Shown here: piece after piece, positions 25,242 through 38,859 of the stretch
Layout: every line of letters begins with the position of its first letter
Position numbering within the stretch: position 1 is the first letter of the stretch
NCBI GenBank assembly: GCA_951804945.1
Contig: OX638152.1
Coordinates: forward strand, 59,086,001 to 59,150,000
Direction of reading: 5' to 3'
Length of the DNA: 64,000 bases
From: Podarcis cretensis
Taxonomy: Eukaryota
Translations under genes and position numbers: made by a program
Notes under the pieces: generated by a model
The model's database searches: none
What the model was told of the DNA's origin: nothing
The model's input: only the letters and a program-made list of their open reading frames with translations

Positions 25242-26342
25242 TACATCCTTTGAATATGCAGGTGTGGCAGTGGATGTGCTGAACCAGCAATGGACTGGAT
25301 GAGAACCAACAAACTGAAGCTCAGTGCAGGTAAGATTGAAGCACTGTTAGTGGGTGGTTCCCTAGACCAAATGCATTGGAAATCGCTTGCACTCATGTCT
25401 GAATCCTCAAAGAGTAGGCAGATTTTATTAGGTATACTTTCATTTATGGTGTCTTTGCAAAGCAACCTCATGATTTAGAAATGCACAAATTGAGGCTATG
25501 AATGCAGAATTAAGCTCAAATCCACCCATGCCTGAACCCTGAGTCTCAGTTTTAGCAACTACTGTAGTCAAAATCAGACCAAAATCTCCACAGCCAAACT
25601 CACACACTTTGCAGACACGTCTCTGGTTTAGTGTGACACAAGGGAATTGTTTAGTGAGGCTGTAGCCCATGAGAGCTTATGCCACACTGAATGTGCTAGT
25701 GTCTAAGGGACTGCACATAAAATTGGTCGCAATAGCTCTTTTCTTAAGATAATGGTCAATTAAACAACCTGAATCACAGCCAGTTTATCAAGGACCAATC
25801 CCAAAACAATTAACCTGGCCATTACTTTGGTATTTTGTTGGGTTGCAGTTATGAGTCATCTCTGTTCTGGGGGGGACAGAGAGCACAAAAAGTGCTGATT
25901 GTGGAATTACAGGCTCTCTTTTACCCCCAGGGTATCATCCCTGCTGGAAAAGACATTTGTTTTATTGGCCATCTCCACCTCTCACCTTCATGCCTGCTGA
26001 GGCATAAACACAGGGTATCTCGCCTGATTTACTGTATTGCCAGTCAGGGTCAGGTATAATTTACAGGTCGTATTGTTGGTTTGTACCAGTTGATCATTAA
26101 ATACTTGATAAGGACAAAGACAAGCCAAACACCACCTGTAGAAACAAGGCAATCTATATTTCCTTGGATATAGATTGGATATACAGCAGAAATCCAGCTG
26201 TTCAGAAATTTGCAAAATACGGTTAGGGAACCTGCGCAAGATTGCAAGGAGTGGATTAACAAGCAGGAAATCTCCTCTAGTGCAGTAGTGAAAGACTGAA
26301 AAGTTCTGGGCTGAATAACTTCCTGCTCACTTAACTCTGACC

Positions 26343-26550
26343 CAGGCAGAGGGCCTTTTCGGTAGTGAAACCCGCCCTCCCATCAGATCTCAAGGAAATA
26401 AACAACTATCTGACTTTTAGAAGGCAGCCCTGTTTAAGGAAGCTTTTTAATGTTGGAAGTTTTATTCTGTATTTAGCGTTCTGTTGAAAACTGCCCAAAG
26501 TGGCTGGCGGGGCAGAAATAATAAATTATTATTATTATAAATTATTATTA
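26343..26550 (+). mobile_element. L2 3' fragment
   Basis: Matches 23825-24060. Confidence 0.8.
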
Positions 26551-27225
26551 TATATGAACCCCAGCAATCCAGCACTGTAGCAAAATTGCCTTATCACACA
26601 GATGACTGATGTTGGCAGCTGGATTATCTGGACACTGGTTCTCTGGAAGATTTGATGGTGAAACTGGGGTACAGCAATGCATGCAACATGATATGTTTGA
26701 TTCAGTAGTGGAGGGTGGGGCATGTCATGGTGGCAGCCCCTACTCCACCTCCCAGTTGCACAGTGGCTGCTGCTTACTAGGAGCCAGAGTGGGAGGGTGT
26801 TCTTTTCTGATCACTTAGCTGTTAGAGGCTCTTACCACCTTACATCTGAAAGAGCCCTTGAGAATCGGGACCAAAGAAAGCGCTATTCCTTTTACTATAA
26901 CAAATCCGTCCTCAGGACTCTTTAAACTTCAAAGGTAAAAAACTTCTATCATTCTCAAATGGGGAATGTTAAGGCTGGCAGATGCACGCTTCGTTGCATG
27001 TATCCTTCAGTTGGAATCCAGGATATTATAAGCTGTTAGGGGCTTAAGCAGCCAATTTAACTCCTGATTTCCTTTTCCCACTTATATTCAATTGCGCTCA
27101 ACATGCCAATGCTCTTGGAGGTCAGTGATTATCCTTGTCAGGGTCTTTCACTGCCCACCTATGGGTGGGTAGCTAGGGAACTCTTCATCCCTGTGAGAAT
27201 AGGATGCTGGACTAGATCCAGCAGG

Positions 27226-27537
27226 CAGGGCCGTCTTACCCATAGGCCCTAGGGGTGCGGGGCACCCAGGCACCGGACTCTCAGGGGCGCCAGGCCGAGA
27301 GTCTGGGGCCTGAGAGATGAGTCCGGGGAAGAGCCCGCCCATCGGTCAGAGCACTGTGGCAGGCTCTTCAGCTGTGGGCGGCTCTGCGCCGTGAGTTCAG
27401 AGGCAACCGAGCCAGTAAGATGCTGAGGTGGCCAGCCAGCTCGGCCCTCCTGCGCGCCTGGGACTGGGCAACCTGGGGAGGGGGTGCACTGGGAGGATCT
27501 TTGCACCCTGATGCCACATATGCTTAAGACAGCCTTG
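27226..27537. mobile_element. GC-rich non-autonomous hAT element
   Basis: TIRs CAGGGCCGTCTTA / TAAGACAGCCTTG and a perfect 8-bp TSD CCAGCAGG (27218-25 and 27538-45). Confidence 0.88.
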
Positions 27538-28329
27538 CCAGCAGGGCTTGTCTTCTGCTCTTAGGGATCCACTTGCTAAAACAGGATGCAGCATAAGGAA
27601 TCCCCTAATGACTTTTTCTGGACTTCATTCCACAGAAGTCACTGATACTGACACACAAGCAGCTTTTAGGATTCCCCACCACCACAGCATACATTCTGGG
27701 AGAGTTGCAAATTTTAAAAAAGCAGTGATACATGGTTTGATTGGTTGTATCAAGACGTTCTGTCACAGCTCAGCTGCGCTCAGTGGTATACAGCCCTGAC
27801 ACTGCCAGGCTCTTCACTGCATAAATTTGCTCACACTGGAAGCTTTGGGTTTTCTTTAATAATAACGAGCTAGAACACTTTGCTAACATCCTCTACTTAA
27901 GCAGTGGGGGAAAGCCAAGTTTAGGGCTTTAATTTCAGCACTCATTACCTCTTTTTAAAGGCATAATTGCAATTTTAATGGATCCATGCAGGAACCCAAA
28001 CAGCTGTGTGTTTCAGCGATTCAGAATCAACGAAGCGCTCAACCTGGGAAGAATCTTTTTTATCAGCTGAAGGGAACGCTGGCCTTGGCCCCAGAACTGG
28101 GATTCTTCTTCCTGTGCCAAAACAATACTGAGATGAAGAGGCAAGGCTATAACCCTATAGATGCTTACCTGGGATTAGATTCCACTGAACTCAACAGGAT
28201 TTACTTCTAAGTAGACATGCCTAGGGTTGCATTGTGAAAGTAACCCGTGCAGGATAATTTTAAAAAAAGGAAGATTCTTCGGCAGGCAGGACAGGTACAT
28301 TTTGCCTTCCACACAAGAAATAAGGAGGA

Positions 28330-28687
28330 GATGGGAAGAAGAAGAAGTGCCAACTAGAGGAGAGTGGCAGACCAAGCTGATGGAATATGCAGAAATGGCA
28401 AGACTGATGGGAAAGATCAGAAATCAGGAAGACCAAGTATTTTTAAAAGACTGGAATAACTTTCTAACATATTTGAGAACAGTTGAAATCATTGGCAGGA
28501 ATACAATGACACTTGTAATGTAATGTAACATGGATTTGGGATACTATGATATAGATTACGGTAAAACATGCAGAAATAAAATTTAGAATTGGAACCCATG
28601 GAGGGAAGGAAGGAGGTCTCAAGGTTCAAAAGAACCCCCCTTTTAATGTGTAATTAAAACTAACAAAAACTTATTTAAAAAGAGAGA
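28330..28687 (+). mobile_element. Short L1 3' fragment
   Basis: Encodes WEEEEVPTRGEWQTKLMEYAEMARL...DWNNFLTYL. 15-bp TSD AAGAAATAAGGAGGA (28315-29 and 28688-702). Confidence 0.85.
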
Positions 28688-31600
28688 AAGAAATAAGGAG
28701 GAAAATATCTCACAGCACCCAGCAGATATGGTCAAGCCACAAACATTTTCCCTTGGCAATCATTTCAGGGTTTGATTCAATTGTTTTTTGATGCATCTAT
28801 TTGATTTGACAGAGGAGAAAATTGCTGTGGGCTCTTTGACAGAGGTTTTTGAGAAGTATTTCTGCATACCTTAAAGATAATCTAGTATATTTTCTTCTAG
28901 TTTACAACCAAACTCAGCCCGTTGCTTGAGCAGTGTGCCCTAAAACCTAAAGATTGATCAGTCCCATGGCCATAGTGAGAGACTCCTATTTGCAGGGCTC
29001 CTTAAAAGTTGAGTTTGGGGCTGGATTAAGACCTTTAGAGACCCTAAGCACTATAGGAGCCAGATCCTTGGAGCTGAGCTCCTGCCACAGCTTCTAGAGG
29101 GCTACATGTTCCCAACCCCTTTTACACAGCTCAAGTGCTTTCCAGAGAAAAAAATTAAGACTGTCCAATTTTGTTGCTGTGTTGTTATTAAAACCAGAGT
29201 ATAAGGTTTACTAAATACAAGGGTGATGTTTTGTTTGTTTATGAGTCTATAATAAGTAAATAATGAACTGTAAATTATTTCCGGAGTAATTGTTCATTTT
29301 TTTCATAGTGCTTGGCATGAAAATATAAATGTCACAAGTTACCAAATCATCTGTCTAATGAGAACTTTGGGTAATGGATTAGGGAAGTGTATGAAATCCA
29401 GACTGAAATGTGCAGAGTTGCTCTATTCCCATTTGACTCATTTTAAGGTTGTTTATGTTGAGCTTCATTACTAGCTGTCATAATATGAGCAGCCTAATTT
29501 TAACATCAAGGATCACACTTATAGAAATAATAGACGCAGTAAAAAACAAGGGTGTGTGTGTGGCAGTGTAGTGCCCTATAAAGCATATAGACAAATTAGC
29601 ACCACAAATTCCTCCAATAAACGTTTGGGCTAAGAGCCAAAAGAGATTATGCTTAGACAATTAGGGGACAATTCAGTCAAAGTTAAGCACTTTTAAGTCA
29701 ATGGGAAAGAAGTAAGCCCATTTTTAACTTTTCTGTTAAAATCAATGAATGTAAAGTGTTCTTAACTTTGGCTGGATTGTATGTTTACCCAGTACAACCT
29801 CAGGTACCTAGGAATCCCCCCTGTGCTGCTGCACTAATACCCTATAAATGTCCATAAAAATGGCAAAAGTAGTTTCTTTCCAAAATAGGCTTTAATTTGG
29901 AAAGGAGACACTTTTGCCATTTTTATGGACATTTATTGTTTGTTTACAGATAGTTGCCTTGGTTATATTATCTTGTGTCGATTGCAGTAGTCATTGTATC
30001 ACCACCCTGTTCATTGTTTTATTGCACAAATATCCTGGCAGGTGGGTTGAGCAGAGGGGGCTCCTAGTAAACACTTGCTATGGGAACGAGGCATGAGGGC
30101 TCGGACAGGGTCCTAGAGTCCTCCCACCTCCTTTCCAAAGCCTAGTAAGCACTTTCTCAGTTTTGGACACTTGGCACCTCCCCAAAGCTCCAAGGGGAAT
30201 TTGGCTTAGCTCAGGGCGCCATAGTCTGCCCCTGTGGGCAGGAATGCTCTTGTGCTTTTGCTTTAAGCCTTCTGGCACGGGCCTTAGGGTGCAGTTGTAA
30301 CTCTGGCTGCTGCTTAACAGAGTTTAGCAGAGCTATGGGGCCACCAGGGCAGCTAGACAGGGCAGAAGATGGGGTACAACTTGGAGTTGCCACAGCAATT
30401 GAACCCAGATTGGGATTGGTGTTGTCAGATGACAATAGTAGGGCTAGCTGGGGATGCAACAGAAGAGAAATTAGTTTGGTCTGCATTTTGAAGCAAACCA
30501 ATGTGATTCACTAATCCCAGACTAATATGACAATTGGAGCATAGCTCTTAATTGGATTACATATTCCTCTGAATTTTGTGATGGGGTTTTGGTTTCAAAA
30601 AATGTGCACAAAAGTCACATTTCAAAGGAAAAAAAACATACAAAAATATATATTTGAGGGGGAAAGAATTGGAAGGCATACAAAAACGAATGCTTATGGG
30701 GAAGAATGTGTAGTTTAAATGTGACCTTTTCCCCATAAATGCATTTTTTTAAAAAAATACAAAAAGAGAGTGACAGAATGGACCTATAACTGAGCGTTTG
30801 TGAAACTTAGATGGAACAGAACTGTCCCTAGCTGGGGGCAGCGCATAATATGTATTTTAGAATGGTTTGTGTGTGTGCCAAAGTGGAAAGAAGGTTATAT
30901 ATGGAGAATGGTTAGTGGGCTACAAACAGAAAATCACTGGCAAGTTGTGTATTTATGAGACTGAGATTAAGAGGCTCATTCTCTACAGACTGAGCTGTCC
31001 CAGTCTTCTGACAATGAATAGCTTACTTGTAGCTGAAGCCACAAACCATATGGAGGGTTCCAAATTGCAATACCAGTGGCTTTGTTTGTTTGTTTCCTCT
31101 GACCTTCCAGGCCAATGGCCCATCTAGTCCAGCATCAAGTGGTTAACTTGATGCCTGTGAGAAGCCCATTAGCAGGACACGAGTGCAGCAGCACTCTTTC
31201 CTGGAGGCAGACCATAGCCATTGTGGCTGTTGGCCATTGATAGACTGGCGTCCCCAAAATGCCCCATGCACCCTAAATTAAGAAATTTGCAATGACATCA
31301 TATAATCAGGGGAAAAGCAATTAGGAATTACCAAGGAAAATGGGTTTTGAAAATGGGTCACTTACCTTCCCCTACTGTTGAAACATTATTATCGGACTCA
31401 GTAACATCAGATTATCAAGATTTCATTTGCTTGCCACAATTGTTGTCATGCACGCACACCAGCCAGCTTCTCAATCCACTTCATGCATCCACTTTTCCTG
31501 CTGAAGCGCATTCCCAATGAAATCACCTTGGCCTCCAAGGTATGTTGAAATAAGGCTGAAGAGGCCTTAAACTATCATCCCATTTGTATTTCAGATTGAT

Positions 31601-32258
31601 AGACAGACACAAGGAATGCAAAACCTATGAATAATGATGGTCCATTCTATATTTATGCTCAGGAGAGACATTCAATGGTGTGTACTTCCAGCATAGACTT
31701 GCATCTTTACTCAGAAGTAAGGTGGCCAAGTTGAAATGAAGGCAGGACTTTTGCACCTTTCATGGTTGCATAGAAGAAGGAATATAAGGTATTTTCTAAA
31801 ACCATAGGTAATCAGGGCCATTTTTAAAAAGGTGAGGGCAATTGAACTCTTCTGGCATCCCTCTAACTTGAACACTCAATTCCCACACCCACATATTGCT
31901 ATTAGCCAAATGCTACAGTTCATTGTCTTCATTATTCCATCTAATGAAAAGCATTTTGTGCTTCCAGCATTGATGAACAGGCAGGTTTTTATATACATCT
32001 GTCTAATATTTCCATATATTTTCCTGTTCTGTTCCTCTCAAAACTGAGTGGCATCCTTTAGTATTCAACAGTTCAGAATGATGACATCTCAGGCTCTTAG
32101 CAAACAATGAAAAAAATGGGGCAAAACATAATTGTGCTCTCTTCAGAAGAACAAAGGTAGCCAGCTGTTTACAAATAGAACAAGGTGAGAGAGCTGCTCA
32201 GAAAATGTATTGCAAAGCAAGAACAGAGGGAGGGAGAGAACAAAAGGACTGGGAAATA

Positions 32259-32261
<3 letters not shown>

Positions 32262-32317
<56 letters not shown>
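32262..32317 (+). repeat. (GA)n microsatellite
   Basis: Read directly. Confidence 0.97.
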
Positions 32318-32319
<2 letters not shown>

Positions 32320-32763
32320 CAGAAGCTGAGGAACTCCCATCTTTAGAATATTTGGAAAATAAGATGGCATCTATTTCATTTTCTGAAGATTCTCAGGCAG
32401 ACAATCTTAATGAAGGGCCAGGTAGGAATGACGTGGTGGATCTACTGTCACACCCACAAACCAAAACTTGCAACATTGTTTTCCTCCTAGACTCAAAGAT
32501 CAGACCCCTTGGAAGATCTGCATTGGCTCCTCAGGTTGGAGACACTGAAACACCTTGTTTGTGAGCTTACCACTTGCCAGTGGCATAATGTGGGTTGCCA
32601 CTGCCCGGGGCTGTGGGGGGGGGGAGGAAATGGATGGAGTACAGCCAGTGGCAGCTTTCTGCCCACTAGGGCAGAGCAGAAGCTTTTTCTGCAATGGAGA
32701 TTCCCTACCCACACTTACCAGTGGCGCTCCTCTACATAAGCAGTATTTAAAAAGAGACAAATA

Positions 32764-33005
32764 CAGTGGTACCTCGGGTTAAGAACTTAATTCGTTCTGG
32801 AGGTCCGTTCTTAATCTGAAACTGTTCTTAACCTGAGACACCACTTTAGCTAATGGGGCCTCCCGCTGCCGCTGTGCCGCCGCCACACAATTTCTGTTCT
32901 CATTCTGAAGCAAAGTTCTTAACCTGAGGTACTATTTCTGGGTTAGCGGAGTCTGTAATCTGAAGCATCTGTAACCTGAAGCATCTGTAACCCGAGGTAC
33001 CACTG
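32764..33005 (-). mobile_element. Tigger/pogo-like MITE, copy 3
   Basis: Reverse orientation of the same family, with a TA TSD. Confidence 0.92.
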
Positions 33006-34108
33006 TATGCATTTTTCTACTCTCCAAGCCATCAACATGGATTGTGCTCCTAAGTACGTCCACTGGATTGATAAAGGCTGATGTGATTCTTGGCTTATAA
33101 AATGTAATGGCATTATCTAAGGCAGCCTTGGCCAACCTCCATGTATTTTGAACTTCAGCTCCTACTGGCTCTGTGGAATTCCACTGACTCCATTAGAGGT
33201 ATGGATGGCCCCTACACCACTGGGGTTCTCATGCATAGTTAAGGTGCCTTTTGTTCATCCAGGTTGATCATTGATCATTGTGGAAATCATGATAAACTGC
33301 TGCTGTTTTCCTTAGATTGTTCACTTTAATAATTTTATAATGTGTTTATCATTGTTACAGTAATTGTGTTCTGTTTTACATATTTTTATAAACCCCCTGG
33401 GATCCATTTTTTATGAGGGGCTGTTGAATGAATGAATGAATGAATGAATGTCCCTGCCCCAGGTTGTTTTTCATTCCCCATCATTGCTGCTGAACAAATT
33501 GTGTTGGTGCTGGAGAAGTAACCAGGCTTATGAGAAGAACAGACTGAAGGCAACATGCTGCTTAAGACAGCAACTAATTTGAAAATAAGAGACAACAGAC
33601 TAAAATTGTGCACCCACCCATCTCACCCTAAACAATTCTGTGCCCCCAAGAGTTTGTCATTTGGAACAGAGGAGAAGGACAGAACTGGGAGTGCAGTGAT
33701 ATGGAGCAGCTCCAGCCATTAATCAGATTGTGAAGAGAAGCTGAAGTGGTGAAATATGACCTAATGTAAATTGTCCCAGTGAACCCACAAACAGCCCACT
33801 TTACTCAGGAAACAGATCCCAGCAAACAGATCTCTGAAAGCTAATAAGGAGACTTTATGAGCTCTATAAATAAAGAGGTTTATCCATTTGCTTTTGTTTG
33901 GAGACTAGGTAGGATGTGGATACCCACATGAAATCATGGGAAGCAGCTGAGAGAATAGTGTCCTATAAAATTAACTTTTAGCTCTTATGCCATGATACAA
34001 TATGTGAGAGGTTGTGGGAGCTGTCCTTTTTTAGTGGCTCATTCATGAAAAAACAAAGATGGAAGCATTGCAGCTAAAGTCATGATTTACTTTGACTTAA
34101 TCCCTCTT

Positions 34109-34460
34109 GGGACGCGGGTGGCGCTGTGGGTTAAACCACAGAGCCTAGGACTTGCCGATCAGAAGGTTGGCGGTTTGAATCCCTGTGACGGGGTGAGCTC
34201 CTGTTGCTCGGTCCCTGCTCCTGCCAACCTAGCAGTTCGAAAGCACATCAAAGTGCAAGTAGATAAATAGGTACAGCTCCGGCGGGAAGGTAAACGGCGT
34301 TTCGTGCACTGCTCTGGTTTGCCAGAAGCGGCTTAGTCATGCTGGCCACATGACCCGGAAGCTGTACGCCGGCTCCCTTGGCCAATAAAGCGAGATGAGC
34401 ACCGCAACCCCAGAGTCGGCCATGACTGGACCTAATGGTCAGGGGTCCCTTTACCTTTAT
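34109..34460 (+). mobile_element. Sauria SINE
   Basis: Full length, with TSD CTTAATC(C/T)CTCT. Confidence 0.95.
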
Positions 34461-35258
34461 CTTAATCTCTCTCAGCACCAGGCCAAGAAGCATAGGGGAA
34501 TTTCACCACTTGGGACTGCTGCAGAGGATGTCTTCTTTGGGGTCACCACCACCCCACAATGGCCTTTTATTCTCCCTTCAGCCATCCAATAAGGTTGATT
34601 TGATACACACACACCACATTGTTCCTGATGTGCATCTTCACTCACCCACTTTTCCCTGCTGAAGGTGCTTCACCTCCGGTTCCAAAATGTCTTGGGTCAG
34701 CCCTGGCCACTGTCTCTTCTGGATTCAGCTTCAATTTATTTCCTTCTCCGACAAAATGTGAAACCACTATAGACAAGAGTTAGCCTGGCACATTGAACAT
34801 GGAAAAATTGAGTTTTGAACATCCATCTAAGTTAGATGATATCTAAGATGATACCTTTATGCTTTTTTGTCAGTGAATATACCTACCGGGAAGCAATGCT
34901 GTGATTGCAGTCTCTGAATGTAAGGTGAAAGGCAATAAATCTACTCTCCCTCCCCCCTGCCCTGGTCCTTAGAGAGAAGTCTTATTGAAACAGATGCATC
35001 TGTATGCATCAGTTGCTTAGCAATGCTCTGGCAATGTATAGCAGCTGTGAATCATCAGACCATTAACCCAGATTTCCATGTGCTGGGCATAGCTGGAGAA
35101 CCACAGAGCATTTGTTGTGATGTGTATGAAGAGTTCATGGTGTAATAAACACATACATGGCGGTTACATGAGACAGAGTGCAAGCGGCGAATGTGGTCTT
35201 TTCTATACAACAGACCTTTCCATGATGGAAAATGATGCCCGGATCTTTCCTCTGCATT

Positions 35259-35396
35259 CAGGGTGGGGGAAGCTGTGGCCTTTCAGATGTTGCTGGACTA
35301 CAGTTCCCATCATTCCTAACTATTGGCCATGCAGCCTGTGGCTGATAGGACTTGGAGTTCAACAACATCTGGAGGGACTCAGGTTCCTCAACCCTG
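35259..35396. mobile_element. Older hAT MITE
   Basis: CAGGGTGGGGGAA...TTCCTCAACCCTG termini and an internal palindrome like the other hAT MITEs. Confidence 0.7.
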
Positions 35397-35937
35397 CTCT
35401 ATATGGTTGTTATTTTTTAAAAAAACAAAACCACAAACCAACCTGTGCAGCCTGCTTCTGAGCAGTGGAAGGACCAATGAAGTGAGAGTTTTTGTCTCCT
35501 GTCACTTCCTCACTCAGAATTACTCTCTTTTCCCTGCACTGTTTGATCATCCATGGAGGGTAAGGCAGGACTCTTGTGCCTTTAATAGTTATGTATAGCT
35601 GTAGTTTTCCTCTTCTTAAAGGTGCAGGAGCCCTGCCCTCTGTTCCGCTTGGCCCATCCATATAATCACCATCTGTTTCAATGGGGTTCAGTGGATTTTT
35701 GCTCTAAATCTCTTCTGCAGAGCTTGGAGACTTTCTCCCCAAACAATTACCCCTCCAACCTTTGTAAAAGAAAGTTATATCTATAATATCAGGAAAAATT
35801 CTAATCAACCCCTGGTGTTGAAAACAAAAAAAATCAGTATCTAATTGTAATAAAACGTATTGACGTTGTTTTCCTCTTTTCAGGATAACATTGTATGTCA
35901 TGCTAATGTTAAGATCCAATTACTAAGAGCTAAGCGC

Positions 35938-36009
<72 letters not shown>
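35938..36009 (+). repeat. (TG)n-(AG)n microsatellite
   Basis: Read directly. Confidence 0.95.
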
Positions 36010-36012
<3 letters not shown>

Positions 36013-36404
36013 GATCCTAACAATAAATTTTCCTTAATCCTGAGTTCTAGCCTATTGATCGAATACTGTTCTCAGTAGAATGCCCTCGTACATTTTATAG
36101 CCATTTAAGCCATTACTTTTATATTTAGCACCATATTTTGTGCTGAGGAAAGGTAATAAATGTCTGCACAGTGATCTGGTAAGGCAACATAAGAAAGAAA
36201 GGAAAGGTGGATACTGAGAAAACATTCTCATGAGCTAGTTTCCACAGTAGCTGTGGAAGAGCGGAATTGTTTGGAATAGTATGAACAATGAACCAGATAT
36301 CCATCATGCCTTTGCAGCCCATAAGAACATTGTAAACAATTGTTCTATAGCCTCGGAGCTCAGTAAAACATGAAGTGAGGGAAGAAGTCACTTTGGAAAC
36401 AACC

Positions 36405-37920
36405 CTTTATTTATTTAAGCTGTACATATATATACTGCTTAATTATTCACATTTCTAAGCAATTTACATAAAAAACAATCCACCGGAAATGGGACAATGA
36501 AAAACAAAATCATAAAGCCAAACACTACTTAAGATGCCTGCTGGAACATGAAAGTCTTAGTCATGTGCTGAAAATTCAGCAGGGAGGGTGCCTGTCTAAT
36601 CTCAGATGAAAGGGAATTCTGCATGCTTGGGCCCACTGCACTTAATGCATCTCTTCTAGTGCATCTGAGCCATAGGGAATGACTAACAGAGATTCCCCAC
36701 AAGACCTCAGTGATTGGTCTGGGATATAAGGGGTCAGCCTGTTGTCTTTGTCCATGGAGTTTTCTTGGCAGGGATACTGGAGTGGCTTGCTGGTTCCTGC
36801 TCCAGGTGGATCACATTTGGTCAAAACTCTCCACTATGACCTGTCCATCTTGGGTGGCCCTGCACGGCATAGCTCATAGCTTCTCTGAGTTATTCAAGCC
36901 CCTTTGCCATGGCAAGGCAATACTTTGGCCACCTCATGAGAAGAGAAGACTCCATGGAAAAGACCCTGATGTTGGGAAAGATGGAGGGCACAAGGAGAAG
37001 GGGATGACAGAAGATGAGATGGTTGGATGGTGTTCTCGAAGCTACCAGCATGAGTTTGACCGAACTGCGGGAGGCAGTGGAAGACAGGAGTGCCTGGCGT
37101 GTTCTGGTCCATGGGGTCACGAAGAGTCGGAGACAACTAAACGACCAAACAACAACAACAACAATAAGGGGTCAGGCAATCCTTAAGATATCCTGGACCT
37201 ATCTTGCTAAGGGTCTTATAAATTAATACATGAACTTTGAACCTGGCCTGGTAAGGTATGGGTATTCAGTGCAAGCTTTCAAGCACTGGAGGTTATGTGT
37301 TGGTGGTAGTCTGTTCTCGACAGCCGTCTACCCATAAAGCATTTTGCAGTAGCTGGAGCTTACAGACCAGGCAGGAGGGTGGGCCTACATAGAGTGCATT
37401 TCAGTAATCAAGGCTTGAGCCTACCAATGCATGAATCAGCACAGCCAGGCTATCCCTGTCCTAGAATGGCTGTAGTTGGCACACTAGCCGTAGCTGGTGA
37501 AAGGTACTCCCAGGCATTGAGGCTACCTGAGTTTAAGTGACAAAAGTAGGTCCAGGAGCACTCCCCAAATATGCACCTGTTCTTTCAGAGGGAGAAGGAG
37601 CCACATCCAGGGCAGGCTGATGGCCATGCTCCTGGACAATGGAACCGTGCACCCACAAGGCCTACATTACACAAGGCTCCAAGCTTAGTTTATTAGTCCT
37701 CATCTATTACATAAATGCATCCAGACAACATTCTAAACCATGCTCAGCCTCCCTTGACTCAAATGTTATGGAGAAATAGAGCTGGGTATCATCAGCATAC
37801 TGGTGACATTTTGCGCCATGGCTTCCAACAGGATGTTAAACAGCACTGGAAACAGGTTTGTGCCTTGCGGCACACCACAGCACAAGGGCTGTGAGGCCAA
37901 GATACTATCTCCCATGTATT
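36405..37920 (-). mobile_element. Ancient L2 LINE (RT to 3' end), split by a BovB insertion
   Basis: Minus-strand RT motifs CGVPQG...LFPVLFNI and YADDTQLY (about 37777-37800). Confidence 0.8.
36738..37163 (+). mobile_element. BovB (RTE) insertion: inverted 5' end plus sense 3' end with (CAA)n tail
   Basis: 36918-37147 reads QYFGHLMRREDSMEKTLMLGKMEG...RWLDG...VHGVTKSR, the BovB C-terminus. 36738-36919 matches the reverse complement of the recalled BovB 5' end. TSD ATAAGGGGTCAG (36726-37 and 37164-75). Confidence 0.88.
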
Positions 37921-38723
37921 TACTCACTCCAGAATTTCCTCTCCCATTATCTATGCATTTGGATGAGTAGGGCTGCAGTGTGTTGGGTAGGGGGGCTGCA
38001 GGATTCAAAACATCATCATCATCCCTCAAAATATATATCAAGGTGCCTGAAGGTTTGGATCATCCAATATCATATTTATCAATGCCCAGATTCAGCTATT
38101 TATGACCTTAATGCAAATGGAAAGTGCTATCTTGGTTACTGAATATTCTGTAGTTAATTACACAATTGTAATTGATCATCATAATATAAATATTCAGATG
38201 TTTGCTAAAATAATCCCAACTTTTTTAAAAAAAATCTAAAAGTCATGGAAAAACTATTAACCTTTATTTGAGAATAAGCTAACCATTGGCTTGGATTTAA
38301 GAGGAAGCTTGATTCAAAGTGGTACTGTATGCTTGTGACCCTTAAGGTAACCTGGCCCCATACTTCTCAAATTTGCATAACCCTGATACTTCTAAGAAGC
38401 TGGGTGGTGGCATGTGTACTATGCTAGGTGTTGCTTTGTGTTCTTAAGCAAAGGTATGTTTGCCATATGACTCACAAGCTATGCTCAGCTGACTAATCAT
38501 GATCAATGGGGATACCCATCACCAAGGATGGGTGATGACTCAAGCAAGGGCAGCTCAATGGTTCCTGATTCCCTGGGCTGCCAATATGTCAAGTTAGGGC
38601 AGAATAAAGCAAAAGTCAGCATCTCAGAGAGAGGTCAAGGTGCGAGTTCAGAACAATGGATAGTGTTCCAATTTCTCAGCAAGGTCCTGGAGCAACTGGC
38701 CATGTTTTCTAGTAGGGTTAGGT

Positions 38724-38859
38724 CAGGCACCCCCAATCTTCGGCCCTCCAGATGTTTTAGACTACAATTCCCATCATCCCTGACCACTGGTCCTGTTAGC
38801 TAGGGATCATGGGTGTTGTAGGCCAAAACTTCTGGAGGGCTGCAGGTTGGGGATGTCTG
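38724..38859. mobile_element. hAT MITE
   Basis: TIRs CAGGCACCCCCAA / TTGGGGATGTCTG, with TSD GGTTAGGT / GGTTAGAT. Confidence 0.9.

Noticed and set aside
31355-31560. Minus-strand donor AAG|GTAAGT near 31365
   Set aside because: All three upstream frames hit stops within about 60 nt. It is at most a non-coding exon, with no further support.
32143-32564. ER/LS-repeat ORFs (also at 35860 and 55815)
   Set aside because: They are translations of dinucleotide microsatellites.
36710-37186. 158-aa ORF
   Set aside because: It is an off-frame read-through of the rearranged BovB insert.
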